DNA of 57,399 bases from an uncultured Rhodothermaceae bacterium (GTDB taxonomy: Bacteria > Bacteroidota > Rhodothermia > Rhodothermales > DASSAV01), in NCBI GenBank assembly GCA_965365465.1, contig CBDUBU010000001.1, forward strand, positions 1-57,399, read 5' to 3'. The position numbers and the translations under genes are program-made. Positions 1 through 10,595 of this stretch are shown here, piece by piece. The first letter of the stretch is position 1; each line of letters begins with the position of its first letter. Below the pieces are notes generated by a model, which saw only the letters and a list, made by a program, of their open reading frames with translations, did no database searches and had not been told where the DNA came from.

Positions 1-603
1 GAGCCGATAGCGGCGGTCTTTTTCCAACAACATTCCGTTGACTCGGATATTGGCTGCACCCGCATCGTCGGGTAGTATTGCAAAAGACAACCCGGCAACA
101 GGTTCGCCCTTTATTCTTGCAATTTGTTGCGCCAGAGAGTCTATCTGCACTCCGCTGACAGTCAGGATCACGAGTTTGTTCTCAAAGGGCATCAACTCAT
201 AGATATCGCCGACCGTGACGGCTCCGGCAGGGATAGGCGCACGCAGCCCGCCATTGTTCGTTAGTGCTATATCTACAGGCTCACTACTTAATGCCTGCGC
301 TGCCTCCAGCATGGCATCCGCAGCCATGTTTCCCAGCGTTCCTTCCGGTCTTCCAACCGTAAGCGGAGCCGGCGCCGTTCCTATCACCTCAGAAACCAGA
401 GCCTGGAGTTGATCCCGGTATGGATCAACCATCGCCTCCATCTGCGGATCTGATACCAGAGAGTCGGTTATGGCAGTGTAGGACACAGCCGGCCCCTGAC
501 TGGCATCTTCCAAAACCGGGTAACTGGCTTGACAGCCGGCTGCTAGCAAAGCAAAAAACAGCCCTATCGCCGTCACAGAGCTTCGTCTGTCCCTTGCCAT
601 CAT
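1..603 (-). CDS. 5'-nucleotidase C-terminal-domain lipoprotein (N-terminus inside the window, C-terminal part runs off the left edge)
   Basis: Absent from the ORF track because it is open at the window edge. My reverse-strand translation from ATG 601-603 gives MMARDRRSSVTAIGLFFALLAAGCQ (lipobox) ... GTLGNMAADAML ... DIALTNNGGLRAPIPAGAVTVGDIYELMPFENKLV, which is typical of the UshA/5'-nucleotidase substrate-binding domain. Confidence 0.7.
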   Translation of the reverse strand, partial: MMARDRRSSVTAIGLFFALLAAGCQASYPVLEDASQGPAVSYTAITDSLVSDPQMEAMVDPYRDQLQALVSEVIGTAPAPLTVGRPEGTLGNMAADAMLEAAQALSSEPVDIALTNNGGLRAPIPAGAVTVGDIYELMPFENKLVILTVSGVQIDSLAQQIARIKGEPVAGLSFAILPDDAGAANIRVNGMLLEKDRRYRL

Positions 604-638
604 ATTATATTTTACGCATCAACCGATAGCGCAACCCC

Positions 639-1769
639 TCAAGATCCGGCAGGCTCCTGCAAACTACGAATGTAGAGCACTGCTTCATTGGCCTGATTAT
701 ATACAGGAGATTGCTCTCCCACGATCTGCTTTACTTTTTCAAACTGCTCTACGGCTTGATCCAACCTGCTGATTTGAAGCAGAAAAATGCCCTTGTTGAA
801 GTTGGCCTGTACGTGATCAGGGTCTTTCTCCAACACAAGGTTTGTCTGTGTGATAGCCTCCATAGGCTTTTCAGGCACGAACTGCACGGCCCATGCCATG
901 TCGGTGCGCACGTCCAGATTCTCTGGATCCTGCTGTAATACACGCTGGTAAGCGTCAACCGCAAGACGCGCTGCGGTTACCTTTTGCTGGCCCTGAAGAG
1001 ACTGCATCCAATCATAATACAGGTTGCCGGCCTGCGTCCAGGCTTCCGTGGTGTTTAGCTCATCCGCAATTTTAGCCTGCTCCATAGCGGCGCGATCCAT
1101 GCGTCCGGAGCCAATCAACAGGTTCACCAGTTGACGCTGCTTCTCTACTTTTTCATTCCCGTCAAGCGCAGCAATGTCAGCCTCGAACGCCTCTACCTGT
1201 TCCGCGATTTGCGGAGAGAGAGGAGCAGCGGCTTCCTCTGACTGCGGTTGATCGAGTTGCTCCATTGCAGGGGTATCCGCAATACTGGAACTGCGCTGCG
1301 CATCCCTGCTGAAAACAGTAATCATAAAGAGCGTAATGACCAGCAGCACGCCCGCGCCTACGATTATCGCTATCTGCTTGCCAGGCAACGCCGTTGCTTG
1401 CGTAGAGCCTGTGCCTGCTCCTGCCGCAGAAGGGGCGACAGGCAGGTGCATTGCTTCAGCACGATCTTCGGCAATGGAGGGACGCAAGCTTCCAAGGGAA
1501 GATACGTCCTGTAGAGAAGCGCCGCACATACTACAATAACGCGCTCCGACGGGGTTGTGCCAGCCACACCCATTGCAAAAGGGTCCGGATGCCTCCTCCT
1601 TTTCCATGCCGCCTGCCTCCTTGCCTGTTACGTTTGGAGGTTCGGCGCTGAACACCTCCTCAGCCGTTTCAGGCATTCCATGATTACTTGGCAACGGCGC
1701 TCCACACAGATCACATACGTCAGCATCTGCCTTGACACGTGCGCCACATTCTGGACAAACCATATCCAT
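639..1769 (-). CDS. Zinc-ribbon / single-TM / TPR-like repeat protein, function unknown
   Basis: 376-aa ORF. There are two CxxC...CxxC zinc-ribbon motifs (CPECG...CDLCG and CNGCG...CSMCG), one hydrophobic span (IAIIVGAGVLLVITLFMITVF) and a helical repeat-like C-terminus. Confidence 0.6.
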   Translation of the reverse strand: MDMVCPECGARVKADADVCDLCGAPLPSNHGMPETAEEVFSAEPPNVTGKEAGGMEKEEASGPFCNGCGWHNPVGARYCSMCGASLQDVSSLGSLRPSIAEDRAEAMHLPVAPSAAGAGTGSTQATALPGKQIAIIVGAGVLLVITLFMITVFSRDAQRSSSIADTPAMEQLDQPQSEEAAAPLSPQIAEQVEAFEADIAALDGNEKVEKQRQLVNLLIGSGRMDRAAMEQAKIADELNTTEAWTQAGNLYYDWMQSLQGQQKVTAARLAVDAYQRVLQQDPENLDVRTDMAWAVQFVPEKPMEAITQTNLVLEKDPDHVQANFNKGIFLLQISRLDQAVEQFEKVKQIVGEQSPVYNQANEAVLYIRSLQEPAGS

Positions 1770-1844
1770 TCAGAAAATTATTCGAGTCACCTGCGGAGCG
1801 CATTGCGCTCTGACCGACGCAAACCCAACCTCACAGGATGAGAC

Positions 1845-2138
1845 TTATTGGCTGAACCTGCCAGCATGATCAACAACCTCGCGGAAATTGCGGGCCGCCT
1901 TGAATACAGGTACGTATCGCTCTGCTACCTCAACTACCTTCCGCGTACGCGGGTTGTGAACAGACCGCGCAGCGCGATGTTGCACCTTAAAGGACCCAAA
2001 GCCTCTGATCTCAACGGTCTCACCTTCTGCCAGCGCATTTACCACGGTGGCGACAAAGCCGTTAACAACGGCTTCGGTTTCCCGTTTGGTCAAGCCGGTT
2101 CCGGATGCTATACGGTGGATAATATCCGTTTTATTCAC
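1845..2138 (-). CDS. HU/IHF family DNA-binding protein
   Basis: 97 aa. MNKTDIIHRIA..GLTKRETEAVVNGF...GETVEIRGFGSFKV..RAAR..HNPRT is the canonical HU/IHF fold signature. Confidence 0.9.
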   Translation of the reverse strand: MNKTDIIHRIASGTGLTKRETEAVVNGFVATVVNALAEGETVEIRGFGSFKVQHRAARSVHNPRTRKVVEVAERYVPVFKAARNFREVVDHAGRFSQ

Positions 2139-2380
2139 GTTGTTGTGCTGGGATTGATGGAACAGTCGAGTCGTAAGGCCGGGCGGACACTAACGCTGTC
2201 CCCCTGCACATGATTCCGTCTTTGCACAAAGTTGAACCTGCGCCTGCGACGGGAGCTTCCGTTCAAGCACAGCGTAGCCTGAAAACAGGCTCTTCCAGTT
2301 TCTGCCCTGGTGCGCAACGCTCGATCCAGAGGAAACATTCCTGACGGCAAGACGGCGCCTGCCACACGAAAATTACTACC

Positions 2381-4576
2381 TTGATTATGGCCCGCAAGCT
2401 TTTTGTCGCTTCTTTTTTTCTTCTCTTGCTCCTGCCTGCAACGGCGCTCCTGACGGCCACTGCGCAGGAGGCTTCAAGCCCGCTCGTGGTGATGAATCTG
2501 GCTGCTCATCCCGACGATGAGGACGGCAGCACACTGGCATACTATCGCAGGGCCGAGAACGCTATTGCCTACAGTGTCATCTTTACCAGAGGAGAAGGAG
2601 GTCAAAACGAGATCGGACCTGAGCTATACCAGGAACTCGGAGCGCTGCGCACTGTGGAAACGGAAAGGGCCGCCCGCATACTGGGAACGCAGATATTCTT
2701 CCTGAACTTTTATGATTTCGGATTTTCCAAACATGCTGAGGAAGCCTTTGCACGCTGGGGTGGACGCGACAAGGTAACTGCTCGTCTTGTGTATCTCGTT
2801 CGAAAGCTCAAGCCGGATGTCATGTTCACCAACCATGACACTGTCACGGTAGGCCCATACAGACAACATGGACATCACCAGGCAGTCGGCATCGCTGCCT
2901 ATGATGCATTTGAACTGGCAGCGGACTCTTCCTTTCATCCGGAGCAGTTGCAGGAAGACGGGGTCGATCTCTGGCAAGTGAAAAGACTGTTCCTGCGCAG
3001 ATGGCGAGATGCAGGCGAACATGATGTAGCCGTTCCTGTAGGCAATCTGTCCGGCGAAGTCGGTAAATCCTATGGAGACCTTGCCATGGATGCGCTGCGG
3101 GAGCACGCTTCTCAGGGCATGGAGATGTTCGCCGGGCGTTTACGAGCGCCCGCCACTAGATTTGCACTTCTGCGATCTTCGACACAGGCTCCTGTTGATC
3201 CGAACGATCTTGCAGGCAACCTGGAAGAAAACCATCTCGCGCAACCTGATCTAACTTACCAGATCGACTCAGGCAGAGCGCCCTCTTTGTCCCCGCAACT
3301 GCTCACACTTAGCGACAGCATCGCAACACCCGGCCAGAGAATTCAACTGCGATGGGACGTAGATCTTCTTCCTGAACGACGGCTCCGCTGGACCTTTTCG
3401 GGCGCTATCGATACTACCCTCTACCTGTCAGATAACAGCCCCGGCATAAGCAACCTGAACATATCGCCTGACGCGCCTGCTACACTGCCGAAAGCCCTCC
3501 GGCAATATGACAGGTTCCAGAACCACCCCCCGATAGTCTATGCCATATACGGCGCTGCCACCAATACCCTCCTGGGCGCCGGTTACCTGCCTCTTGAGAT
3601 TGCGCCGCCTCTAGTCGTCCAACCGGTCGCTGAAGTCTTCCGGTTTCGCTCTGGGACCAACCGGGTTCCATACAGATTTGAGGTTCTTGACCCTTCCGTC
3701 AAGCAGGTTACGCTCAACGTCGCAGTTTCCAGAGATGAGGATCGCAACGTCCTCTACCAGAACCAGAAAGTCTATCCCGTTTCTGCAATAACTTCCAGAT
3801 TGGACACAGTACAGATTCCTCTACCGGAGAAACTCGAGCATGGAAGCTACACCATAACATTTACAGGCGTGGCATCTCCTGTATCCGGCATCGCTTCCAC
3901 CGCTCAGGCACAGATTCCCGGACGTGCCTTTACGGTCGCTGTACCCGAAGGCTTGCGCGTCGGACTGATTGAAAGCTATGACAACACGCTGAGTATGGCG
4001 TTGGACGAGATGGAGGTCCGCTACGTCAAACTTGATAGTCTGGGGCTGGCGCAGGGGAGTTTTGAAGGCATTCATACCATTGTAATTGATATCCGCGCCT
4101 ATGCGGTTCGCCCGGATCTCCGGACGCATAATGACAAACTCCTTGATTGGGTAAATAACGGAGGTCACCTCGTAGTAAACTACCAGAAGACCTTCGACTG
4201 GGAATCGGACTTTGCCCCCTACCCCCTGGCGCTGAGTCGAGCCAGGGTCACGCAGGAGGATGCTCCTGTTGAAGTGCTCCTTTCCGATCATGTGCTCTTT
4301 CACCAACCTAACGAGATCGTCCCCAATGATTGGACAGACTGGACTCAGGAGCGCGGTTTGTATTTCCCCGAGGTCTATGATACGCGCTACCAGGAACTTT
4401 TGAGCGTCCATGATGAAGGAGAAAACCCATTGCGGGGAGGTCTGCTACTCAGCGAATATGGCAAAGGGACCTATCTGTATACCCCGTTGGTATGGTATCG
4501 CCAGCTTAAAATGCTCCATCCCGGCGCTTATAAGATGTTTGCCAATCTGATTAGTCTGCCCTTAGCTGCCCGCTGA
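2381..4576 (+). CDS. PIG-L/LmbE family deacetylase with large C-terminal extension
   Basis: 731 aa with a signal-like N-terminus. The AHPDDEDG motif and HGHHQA are typical of LmbE/PIG-L zinc deacetylases. About 450 further residues of beta-rich sequence end in a ThuA/GATase-like segment (GIHTIVIDIRAY...WVNNGGHLVV). Confidence 0.75.
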   Translation: MIMARKLFVASFFLLLLLPATALLTATAQEASSPLVVMNLAAHPDDEDGSTLAYYRRAENAIAYSVIFTRGEGGQNEIGPELYQELGALRTVETERAARILGTQIFFLNFYDFGFSKHAEEAFARWGGRDKVTARLVYLVRKLKPDVMFTNHDTVTVGPYRQHGHHQAVGIAAYDAFELAADSSFHPEQLQEDGVDLWQVKRLFLRRWRDAGEHDVAVPVGNLSGEVGKSYGDLAMDALREHASQGMEMFAGRLRAPATRFALLRSSTQAPVDPNDLAGNLEENHLAQPDLTYQIDSGRAPSLSPQLLTLSDSIATPGQRIQLRWDVDLLPERRLRWTFSGAIDTTLYLSDNSPGISNLNISPDAPATLPKALRQYDRFQNHPPIVYAIYGAATNTLLGAGYLPLEIAPPLVVQPVAEVFRFRSGTNRVPYRFEVLDPSVKQVTLNVAVSRDEDRNVLYQNQKVYPVSAITSRLDTVQIPLPEKLEHGSYTITFTGVASPVSGIASTAQAQIPGRAFTVAVPEGLRVGLIESYDNTLSMALDEMEVRYVKLDSLGLAQGSFEGIHTIVIDIRAYAVRPDLRTHNDKLLDWVNNGGHLVVNYQKTFDWESDFAPYPLALSRARVTQEDAPVEVLLSDHVLFHQPNEIVPNDWTDWTQERGLYFPEVYDTRYQELLSVHDEGENPLRGGLLLSEYGKGTYLYTPLVWYRQLKMLHPGAYKMFANLISLPLAAR

Positions 4577-4811
4577 CCAATCTTTCTTCCAACCAGCGAG
4601 CGCTTCGGAAGCAGGCAGTCAATTTAAGTAGCATTAGCTCTGAATCGACGTTATATTCCGGTCAAAGAGGTAAGAAGCGTTTATTATACTGTTGACAGTA
4701 CGTTCTTACGCGCACGAGAATGCCATCAATCTACGACTAAGCAACTTCGAATCGTTGGAAGGCCAAATGCGGTAGATGTCATGTTCATCTCTTGACCTGA
4801 GATTATGGATT

Positions 4812-5531
4812 ATGGAGAAAAATGCTACGAAGACCACCGATACGCTCTTTCACATGCTGATTGTGGAAGACGACCCCGACATCCGAATGGGACTTCAGGA
4901 GTTCTTCGAGATCAACGGGTACGATGTCTCCCTTGCCAGAGATGGCGAGGAAGCCATCGAGAAACTGCGTGAAAACCCCGATTACGATGTTGTTCTGCTG
5001 GATGTCATGTTGCCGAACAAGAGCGGCTTCGATGTGCTCCAGGAGTCACAGGAGATGGGGGTGAATGCTCCCGTTCTCATGCTGACAGGCCGGGGAGAAC
5101 AGGAGAATATTCTGAAAGGCTTCGGACTGGGCGCTGAAGATTACATAACCAAACCCTTCAATGCAGAGGAACTTGCGGCGCGTGTCAAGGCCATATTGCA
5201 CAGAACGCAGCCCCCGGATAAAACTCCTATGGACATCTACACCATCGGAGATGTGAAAGTTAACTTCAGCACACACGAAGCCTTCCGGGACGACGAACCC
5301 CTCTCGTTTACTGCGCTCGAATTCGACATCCTCCGGTATTTGATTAACAACCGCAATAGAATCGTTACTCGCAAACAACTGCTCCGGGACGTGTGGAATA
5401 TCGAATATGACATTGTCACGCGCACTATCGACAGGCATATCGCTTCGGTGCGCAAGAAAGTTGAACCCGACCCCGCAACTCCCATTTATATCGAAACAGT
5501 TTACGGCATCGGATACCGCTTCAAAAGTTGA
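4812..5531 (+). CDS. OmpR-family response regulator (receiver + winged-helix)
   Basis: Receiver motifs are present (LIVEDDPD, DVVLLDVMLP, ITKPF), as is the C-terminal trans_reg_C motif (LT..EFDILRYL......R..L......D....R.ID.HI..VRKK....IETV.G.GYRF). The track ORF starts at 4776; ATG 4812 (MEKNATK) is more likely. Confidence 0.88.
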   Translation: MEKNATKTTDTLFHMLIVEDDPDIRMGLQEFFEINGYDVSLARDGEEAIEKLRENPDYDVVLLDVMLPNKSGFDVLQESQEMGVNAPVLMLTGRGEQENILKGFGLGAEDYITKPFNAEELAARVKAILHRTQPPDKTPMDIYTIGDVKVNFSTHEAFRDDEPLSFTALEFDILRYLINNRNRIVTRKQLLRDVWNIEYDIVTRTIDRHIASVRKKVEPDPATPIYIETVYGIGYRFKS

Positions 5532-5623
5532 CAGGTAGGGCGTAAATGCCTGCTTTGCACTTCAAGGGAAAGTGGAGGCGATGTGATTCGGATTTCTCGT
5601 GGGCAACCCGCTCCTTGTGCAAG

Positions 5624-6454
5624 TTACGCGGGCGTAATGCGCAGGAACCTGGATCTGGCTTCATGTAAATCGTTCGAGGGCATTTCCGCGGGGTACAGTA
5701 TAGCGGCAGCTAGCTCGATGGAACGGTAAACCCCCGGCCCCGGCAGATTAAAGTATTTCCGCCCATCGCAAACATAAAGGTCAGGAGATTTCCCAGGCGC
5801 TGCGCGAGATCGGTTGAGTTCTGAAAAAGTCTCGCGCACGCTTTGAAGCATCGACTCGTCTGGAGGCCCCCCACGTAACGCAACCAGGATCACCGAAGGA
5901 TCAGCAGCCATAACCTCTTTCCACGTAACCTCATATCCAGGTTTACCCTGTATGGACAGCAGGGGCTGTCCTCCCGCCATTTCTACGATTTCGGAGACCC
6001 AGTAACCTGCAACACACAATGGATCAAGCCGGTCCAGAACAACCACCCGATCGTATTTACTTGTATCCGCATCTCGCTGCAATTTCAGAAGGGATCTGAT
6101 TACCTGGAGTCGATGTTCTGCCGCACCGATCCATCGCATTGCGGCTTCAAAATGACCGGTTGTATGCCCGATCCGAAGCCCCATATCCACTACTTCTTTC
6201 AGGGTCTGAGGCCGGAAATCCAGAACAAGCGGTTTAATGTCTGTGCCGGTTGTCTGCAGCGAGTGGAGATACTGCTCAAGATCACTCCCCTCATCTCTCG
6301 AGCAAGCCAGAACCACCTCTATGGCCTCCCGGCCTATCCCATTTTCAAAGGCAGCCAGACGGCTGCGTTCACTGCTCAGATCGTAAAAAGAGTCCTCTGC
6401 CCCAAACGCGCGCATCCAATCGCTGGCCCCACTGGAAAACGAAACTACCTTCAT
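5624..6454 (-). CDS. BtuF/TroA-like (cobalamin/siderophore-type) binding-protein homologue without an obvious signal peptide
   Basis: MKVVSFSSGASDW... then VVVLDRLDPLCVAGYWVSEIVEMAGG..L...G....VTWKEVMAADPSVILVA resembles class III periplasmic binding proteins. Start placed at internal ATG 6452-6454. Confidence 0.55.
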   Translation of the reverse strand: MKVVSFSSGASDWMRAFGAEDSFYDLSSERSRLAAFENGIGREAIEVVLACSRDEGSDLEQYLHSLQTTGTDIKPLVLDFRPQTLKEVVDMGLRIGHTTGHFEAAMRWIGAAEHRLQVIRSLLKLQRDADTSKYDRVVVLDRLDPLCVAGYWVSEIVEMAGGQPLLSIQGKPGYEVTWKEVMAADPSVILVALRGGPPDESMLQSVRETFSELNRSRAAPGKSPDLYVCDGRKYFNLPGPGVYRSIELAAAILYPAEMPSNDLHEARSRFLRITPA

Positions 6455-6721
6455 ACACAACGATGTTTGGGAAGCGCCATACCCGGAATACAAGGACTAC
6501 AGGTAGCGAATGCGTGACACAAAGTGAGCCTATGTTACCAGACTGCAAAAACCATAAACTCATGAAACTGGAAATGCTGAAACATAGTTTTGATAAGGCG
6601 CCCAGAATATCCGACTTCAAACAAAAAACCAATCATCCGTCTGTGGAACAGTCCAGGCAATTCAGATCAGTAAACGAGCAAAGCCGCTAGTAGTAAATAT
6701 AAGAATGCTTGAGGAGGCTGC

Positions 6722-7138
6722 ATGGAAACATCCGTCTTGGATCACAAAACTATTATTGATTCTTATGCGGGAGCCGGGTTGAACACACCCCTTCGGAAGC
6801 GCTTCCAGCAAACGCTTACAACCCACACCCCTGCTCTTGTTCTAGATGGCGAAGGAACGATCCAACACATTAACCTGAACGCCCGGCGTTTGCTTGAGTA
6901 TGACCCGGAGCAACCTGTTGAGCCTTGCTTCTTTTCTCACATCCATAACAAAAACCTGTACCAGGTCATGCGCGATGTCGCTGACATGGTTTGCTACGGA
7001 AAAGCTGGGGCATCATGGCTCCTCCGGCTCAATACCGGACGCCATCAGTGGAAATGGTTTAAAGCAACTGTCTTCAACCAGCTTGACCACGCAACACCGT
7101 CTATAGTGATTACACTTGACGATATGCTGGACGTGTAA
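6722..7138 (+). CDS. Stand-alone PAS-domain protein
   Basis: 138 aa. LVLDGEGTIQHINLNARRLLEYDPEQ.VEPCFFSHIH..N...V...V is PAS-like, and there is no output domain. Confidence 0.55.
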   Translation: METSVLDHKTIIDSYAGAGLNTPLRKRFQQTLTTHTPALVLDGEGTIQHINLNARRLLEYDPEQPVEPCFFSHIHNKNLYQVMRDVADMVCYGKAGASWLLRLNTGRHQWKWFKATVFNQLDHATPSIVITLDDMLDV

Positions 7139-7187
7139 GAGATTAAATAAAGATCTCTCCTTTTACTCAGGTAAAGACCGCCGCGTT

Positions 7188-7787
7188 TTATGTAGTGCGC
7201 GTCAGAAAAGGCATTTTACGGCCTCCGGGACGCACATACCCCCCTCCGGGGATAAATCCTCCATGGGTTTTTCTGACTTCCTCAACCGTAAAGAACGCTG
7301 TGGAATCCTGTTCTTGCAGCGTCCGGAGCACTTCAGGCACCCGGCGTCTTGGAACTACAATGTTGAGGATATCAACCGCGCTTTCTTTTCCTCGTCCGGG
7401 CATTTCTGTCACAGCATACCCCTGTTCGCGTAACACCGACGCGGCGACCGGCCCGGCATTTCCGAGAGGATCGCCCCGGAATACCGCACGAACAACATTC
7501 ATCCCGAGGGCAAACCGTCCCTCAAGCCAGACTCCAACGTAATTACCCGTTGCAAAACCACCGGCATAACCAACGATATGCCAGATAGACTGCATATGTT
7601 GAAGCGCATGGCCTACTGCAACCAGCCAGATCAGGACTTCAAAAAACCCGATGAAAGCAGCGATGCCTCGATGGCCTCTCACCGCCAGAATCATCCGCAT
7701 CATCGACATAGATACGTCTACGATGCGGAGCAGAAATATCAGCAGCGCCCCAATAGGGGCGGCGAACAATGCATCTATAGGTAACAT
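7188..7787 (-). CDS. UPF0316 / DUF2179-containing membrane protein
   Basis: 199 aa. N-terminal TM helices (LRIVDVSMSMMRMILAVRGHR, FFEVLIWLVAVG) precede a C-terminal soluble domain, the architecture of the UPF0316 (YebE-like) family. Confidence 0.65.
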   Translation of the reverse strand: MLPIDALFAAPIGALLIFLLRIVDVSMSMMRMILAVRGHRGIAAFIGFFEVLIWLVAVGHALQHMQSIWHIVGYAGGFATGNYVGVWLEGRFALGMNVVRAVFRGDPLGNAGPVAASVLREQGYAVTEMPGRGKESAVDILNIVVPRRRVPEVLRTLQEQDSTAFFTVEEVRKTHGGFIPGGGYVRPGGRKMPFLTRTT

Positions 7788-7987
7788 GACTGATCTTTCT
7801 CTCGATCATACTTGTTTGACTCCCGGAGGCAGTCTCGTCAAAAAACGCACCAAAAAACTGTGCTGCCTCTGCTAAGTTTCGCTTTCTGCACGCGCTTTCG
7901 ATGAACTCTCTCATCGGCTATAACCAGACTATGGCTTCAAGAACTGCCCTTCTGCCAGGCTCTGTGAAGCCCTGCCTGTGCCCGCCC

Positions 7988-8464
7988 TCAGGGAGGCGCC
8001 TCCGTCAACCTGCTGACCTTGTATCCACGCAGCTCAACTTCCGAGATGGTGCATCCATCTGTGAATGGAATCCAGAATAACCCTGCGGAACTGCCTGTTT
8101 TGACCTCTCCCTCACGCAGAAAGCCGTTTACTGCTTCGACGTGGGTCTTTTCATCGGAGCGAAAGACAACCTTGAAGTGATAGACAACAGGATAGTTGTT
8201 CGTATTAGCCAGCTTGATTACAACACCATTGTTAGCGTTATCCGCCTCGCTGTAAAAGAGAAAGGAAAACTCTACACCCTTATGTTGTAAGAGCGGCTTC
8301 CAGGCCCAGTCCGTAGAGGTTTTCGCCTGCGCGCCGGCGTTCCGGATGCCAACAGATACAAGCATCCCGAAGCCGATCAGAAAGAACCCTGGTGCATGAA
8401 GCTTCTTCCTGTTCTGGCCAATCCATAAACGCATACAACCATAGCGTGTAAGAAAACGGGCCAT
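7988..8464 (-). CDS. Hypothetical secreted protein
   Basis: ORF with a hydrophobic signal-like segment (FFLIGFGMLVSVGIRNAGAQA) and a beta-rich C-terminus. The start is ambiguous (ATG at 8464 or 8434; the track start of 8554 is unlikely). Confidence 0.45.
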   Translation of the reverse strand: MARFLTRYGCMRLWIGQNRKKLHAPGFFLIGFGMLVSVGIRNAGAQAKTSTDWAWKPLLQHKGVEFSFLFYSEADNANNGVVIKLANTNNYPVVYHFKVVFRSDEKTHVEAVNGFLREGEVKTGSSAGLFWIPFTDGCTISEVELRGYKVSRLTEAPP

Positions 8465-8564
8465 GGCGCGCTTCTTCCTGTTCCAGCTTGTGCGCTCCCT
8501 ACCGGAAACCGATCGCGCAGGCAGACGCCAGGCGAGGTTCTTGCCACAAAACACGAGGAATCAG

Positions 8565-10595
8565 CTAATCAAGCATCTCGCGTGCAGTTGCCAGAACATT
8601 ATCAGCAGTGAAGCCGAACTTTTCCATCACGACGTTTACAGGGGCAGAAACTCCAAAGCGGTCAATTCCTATGGCCCGCCCTTGTAATCCTACATAACGC
8701 TCCCAGCCCAGGGTCGCACCTGCTTCCACGGCAAGGCGGCGCGTAACTTCGCGCGGAAAAACATAATTCTGGTAATCATCAGGCTGCCCCTCGAACAGTT
8801 CCCACGAAGGCATACTCACCACCCTTACATTGCGCCCTTCCGCACGCAATGTTTCAGCGGCTTTTACTATATGCTGCACTTCGCTTCCCGATGCGATAAG
8901 AATCAACTCCGGAGTTCCTTCCGAATCGCTCAGGATGTATGCACCTTTCTCCAGTTCACTTGCAGGCGTCATTTTCTCCCGATCCAGCGTCGGAAGCCCC
9001 TGCCTTGTAAGCAGCAACGCCACAGGTCCGGTGGAGTGCTCAATCGCCACGCGCCATGCCTCAACCGTCTCATTGGCATCACACGGCCGAATAAGCATGA
9101 GATTAGGCATTGCCCTGAGTGACATCAGTTGCTCGATAGGCTGGTGGGTCGGGCCATCTTCCCCGATGCCTATGGAGTCGTGTGTAAAAACATAGATGAC
9201 CGGCGCGCCCATTAATGCGCTCAACCGCAGCGCCGGACGCATATAGTCGCTGAAGATGAAAAAGGTGCCGCAATACGGACGAACTCCGCCATAGAGCGCC
9301 ATTCCATTGCAGGCCGCTGCCATACCATGCTCACGCACCCCGAATCGGAAATAACTTCCGGAAGGGTTGTCCTTCTGAAAATCCGTTCGCCCCTTTACGT
9401 CCGTCTTGTTGGAAGGCGTAAGGTCCGCCGAACCACCTATCAGAAATCCAAGCCGGGAAGCAACCGCGTTCAACACTTTCCCTCCTGCCGCACGGGTGGC
9501 TACCTTCTGACCAGCCTCGAAAACAGGCAGCGCCTCCTTCCATCCCTCCGGCAACACGCCGGACAACCATTCTTTTAACCGAGCCGCTTCTTCCGGATAC
9601 GCACTCCGGTATTGCCCCAGCATTGCGTTCCATCCTTCCTGTAGCTGCGCCCCTCTTTCAGCAGTTCCTTCTCTCATGTGTACGGCAACTTCTTCCGGGA
9701 CATAGAACTGCTTCTCTTCAGGCCAGCCGAGGTTACGCTTCGAAAGCGCCACTTCTTCCTCTCCCAGTGGTTCGCCATGTGAAGCCGAAGTGCCCTGCTT
9801 ATTCGGACTCCCGAACCCGATCACCGTACGCACCCCAATCAGGGAAGGGCGATCAGCAACCTCCTGCGCGGAAAGAATCGCCGCGTCGATGGCCTCCAGA
9901 TCATTTCCATCGTCTACATACTGAACGTGCCAGTTATATGCCTCGAACCGCCTGGCTACGTCTTCCGTAAAAGACAGGTCCGTACTTCCGTCGATGGAGA
10001 TTTCGTTGTCGTCGTAGAAGTAGATGAGCTTACCAAGACCAAGATGACCGGCTAGCGAAGCGGCTTCATGGGAAACACCTTCCATCAGATCCCCGTCGGA
10101 AACGATGGCGTAGATGAAGTGATCCAGCACCGGAAAACCAGGACGGTTGAAATGGGCTGCCAGAAAGGTTTCTGCCATTGCCATGCCGACTCCCGTTGCA
10201 AAGCCCTGTCCCAGAGGCCCCGTTGTGGTCTCGATCCCATCTGCCAGAAAGTGCTCAGGGTGGCCAGGCGTTTTACTTCCCCACTGCCTGAACTGCATGA
10301 GTTCTTCCATCGGCATATTGTATCCCGTCAGGTGGAGCAGCGAATACAATAGCATGGAACCATGCCCGGCAGACAGGATGAAGCGGTCCCTGTTCACCCA
10401 GGTCGGGTCACTTGGATTATGCCGGAGATGCCGCGTCCAGAGCAAGTAGGCCAGGGGTGCGCACCCCATAGGCATACCGGGATGTCCGCTGCCGGCTCGC
10501 TGGACTCCGTCAACCGCCAGAAAGCGTATTGTATTGATCGCAAGTTCGTCGATGCCGGTTTCCTTGAGGCTGTCTGCCGGGATTTCAACAGTCAT
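8565..10595 (-). CDS. tkt: Transketolase
   Basis: [25 protein letters not shown], the GDG.LMEG TPP-binding motif and full length all fit transketolase. Start moved to ATG 10593-10595 (MTVEIPAD), removing a 25-aa non-homologous extension. Confidence 0.95.
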   Translation of the reverse strand: MTVEIPADSLKETGIDELAINTIRFLAVDGVQRAGSGHPGMPMGCAPLAYLLWTRHLRHNPSDPTWVNRDRFILSAGHGSMLLYSLLHLTGYNMPMEELMQFRQWGSKTPGHPEHFLADGIETTTGPLGQGFATGVGMAMAETFLAAHFNRPGFPVLDHFIYAIVSDGDLMEGVSHEAASLAGHLGLGKLIYFYDDNEISIDGSTDLSFTEDVARRFEAYNWHVQYVDDGNDLEAIDAAILSAQEVADRPSLIGVRTVIGFGSPNKQGTSASHGEPLGEEEVALSKRNLGWPEEKQFYVPEEVAVHMREGTAERGAQLQEGWNAMLGQYRSAYPEEAARLKEWLSGVLPEGWKEALPVFEAGQKVATRAAGGKVLNAVASRLGFLIGGSADLTPSNKTDVKGRTDFQKDNPSGSYFRFGVREHGMAAACNGMALYGGVRPYCGTFFIFSDYMRPALRLSALMGAPVIYVFTHDSIGIGEDGPTHQPIEQLMSLRAMPNLMLIRPCDANETVEAWRVAIEHSTGPVALLLTRQGLPTLDREKMTPASELEKGAYILSDSEGTPELILIASGSEVQHIVKAAETLRAEGRNVRVVSMPSWELFEGQPDDYQNYVFPREVTRRLAVEAGATLGWERYVGLQGRAIGIDRFGVSAPVNVVMEKFGFTADNVLATAREMLD

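Noticed and set aside
215-629. Forward ORFs of 65 and 69 aa at the left edge
   Set aside because: They lie antisense to a much better reverse-strand reading frame (a 5'-nucleotidase-domain lipoprotein) that the track omits because it is open-ended. Their sequences are Ala/Ser/Pro-rich shadows.
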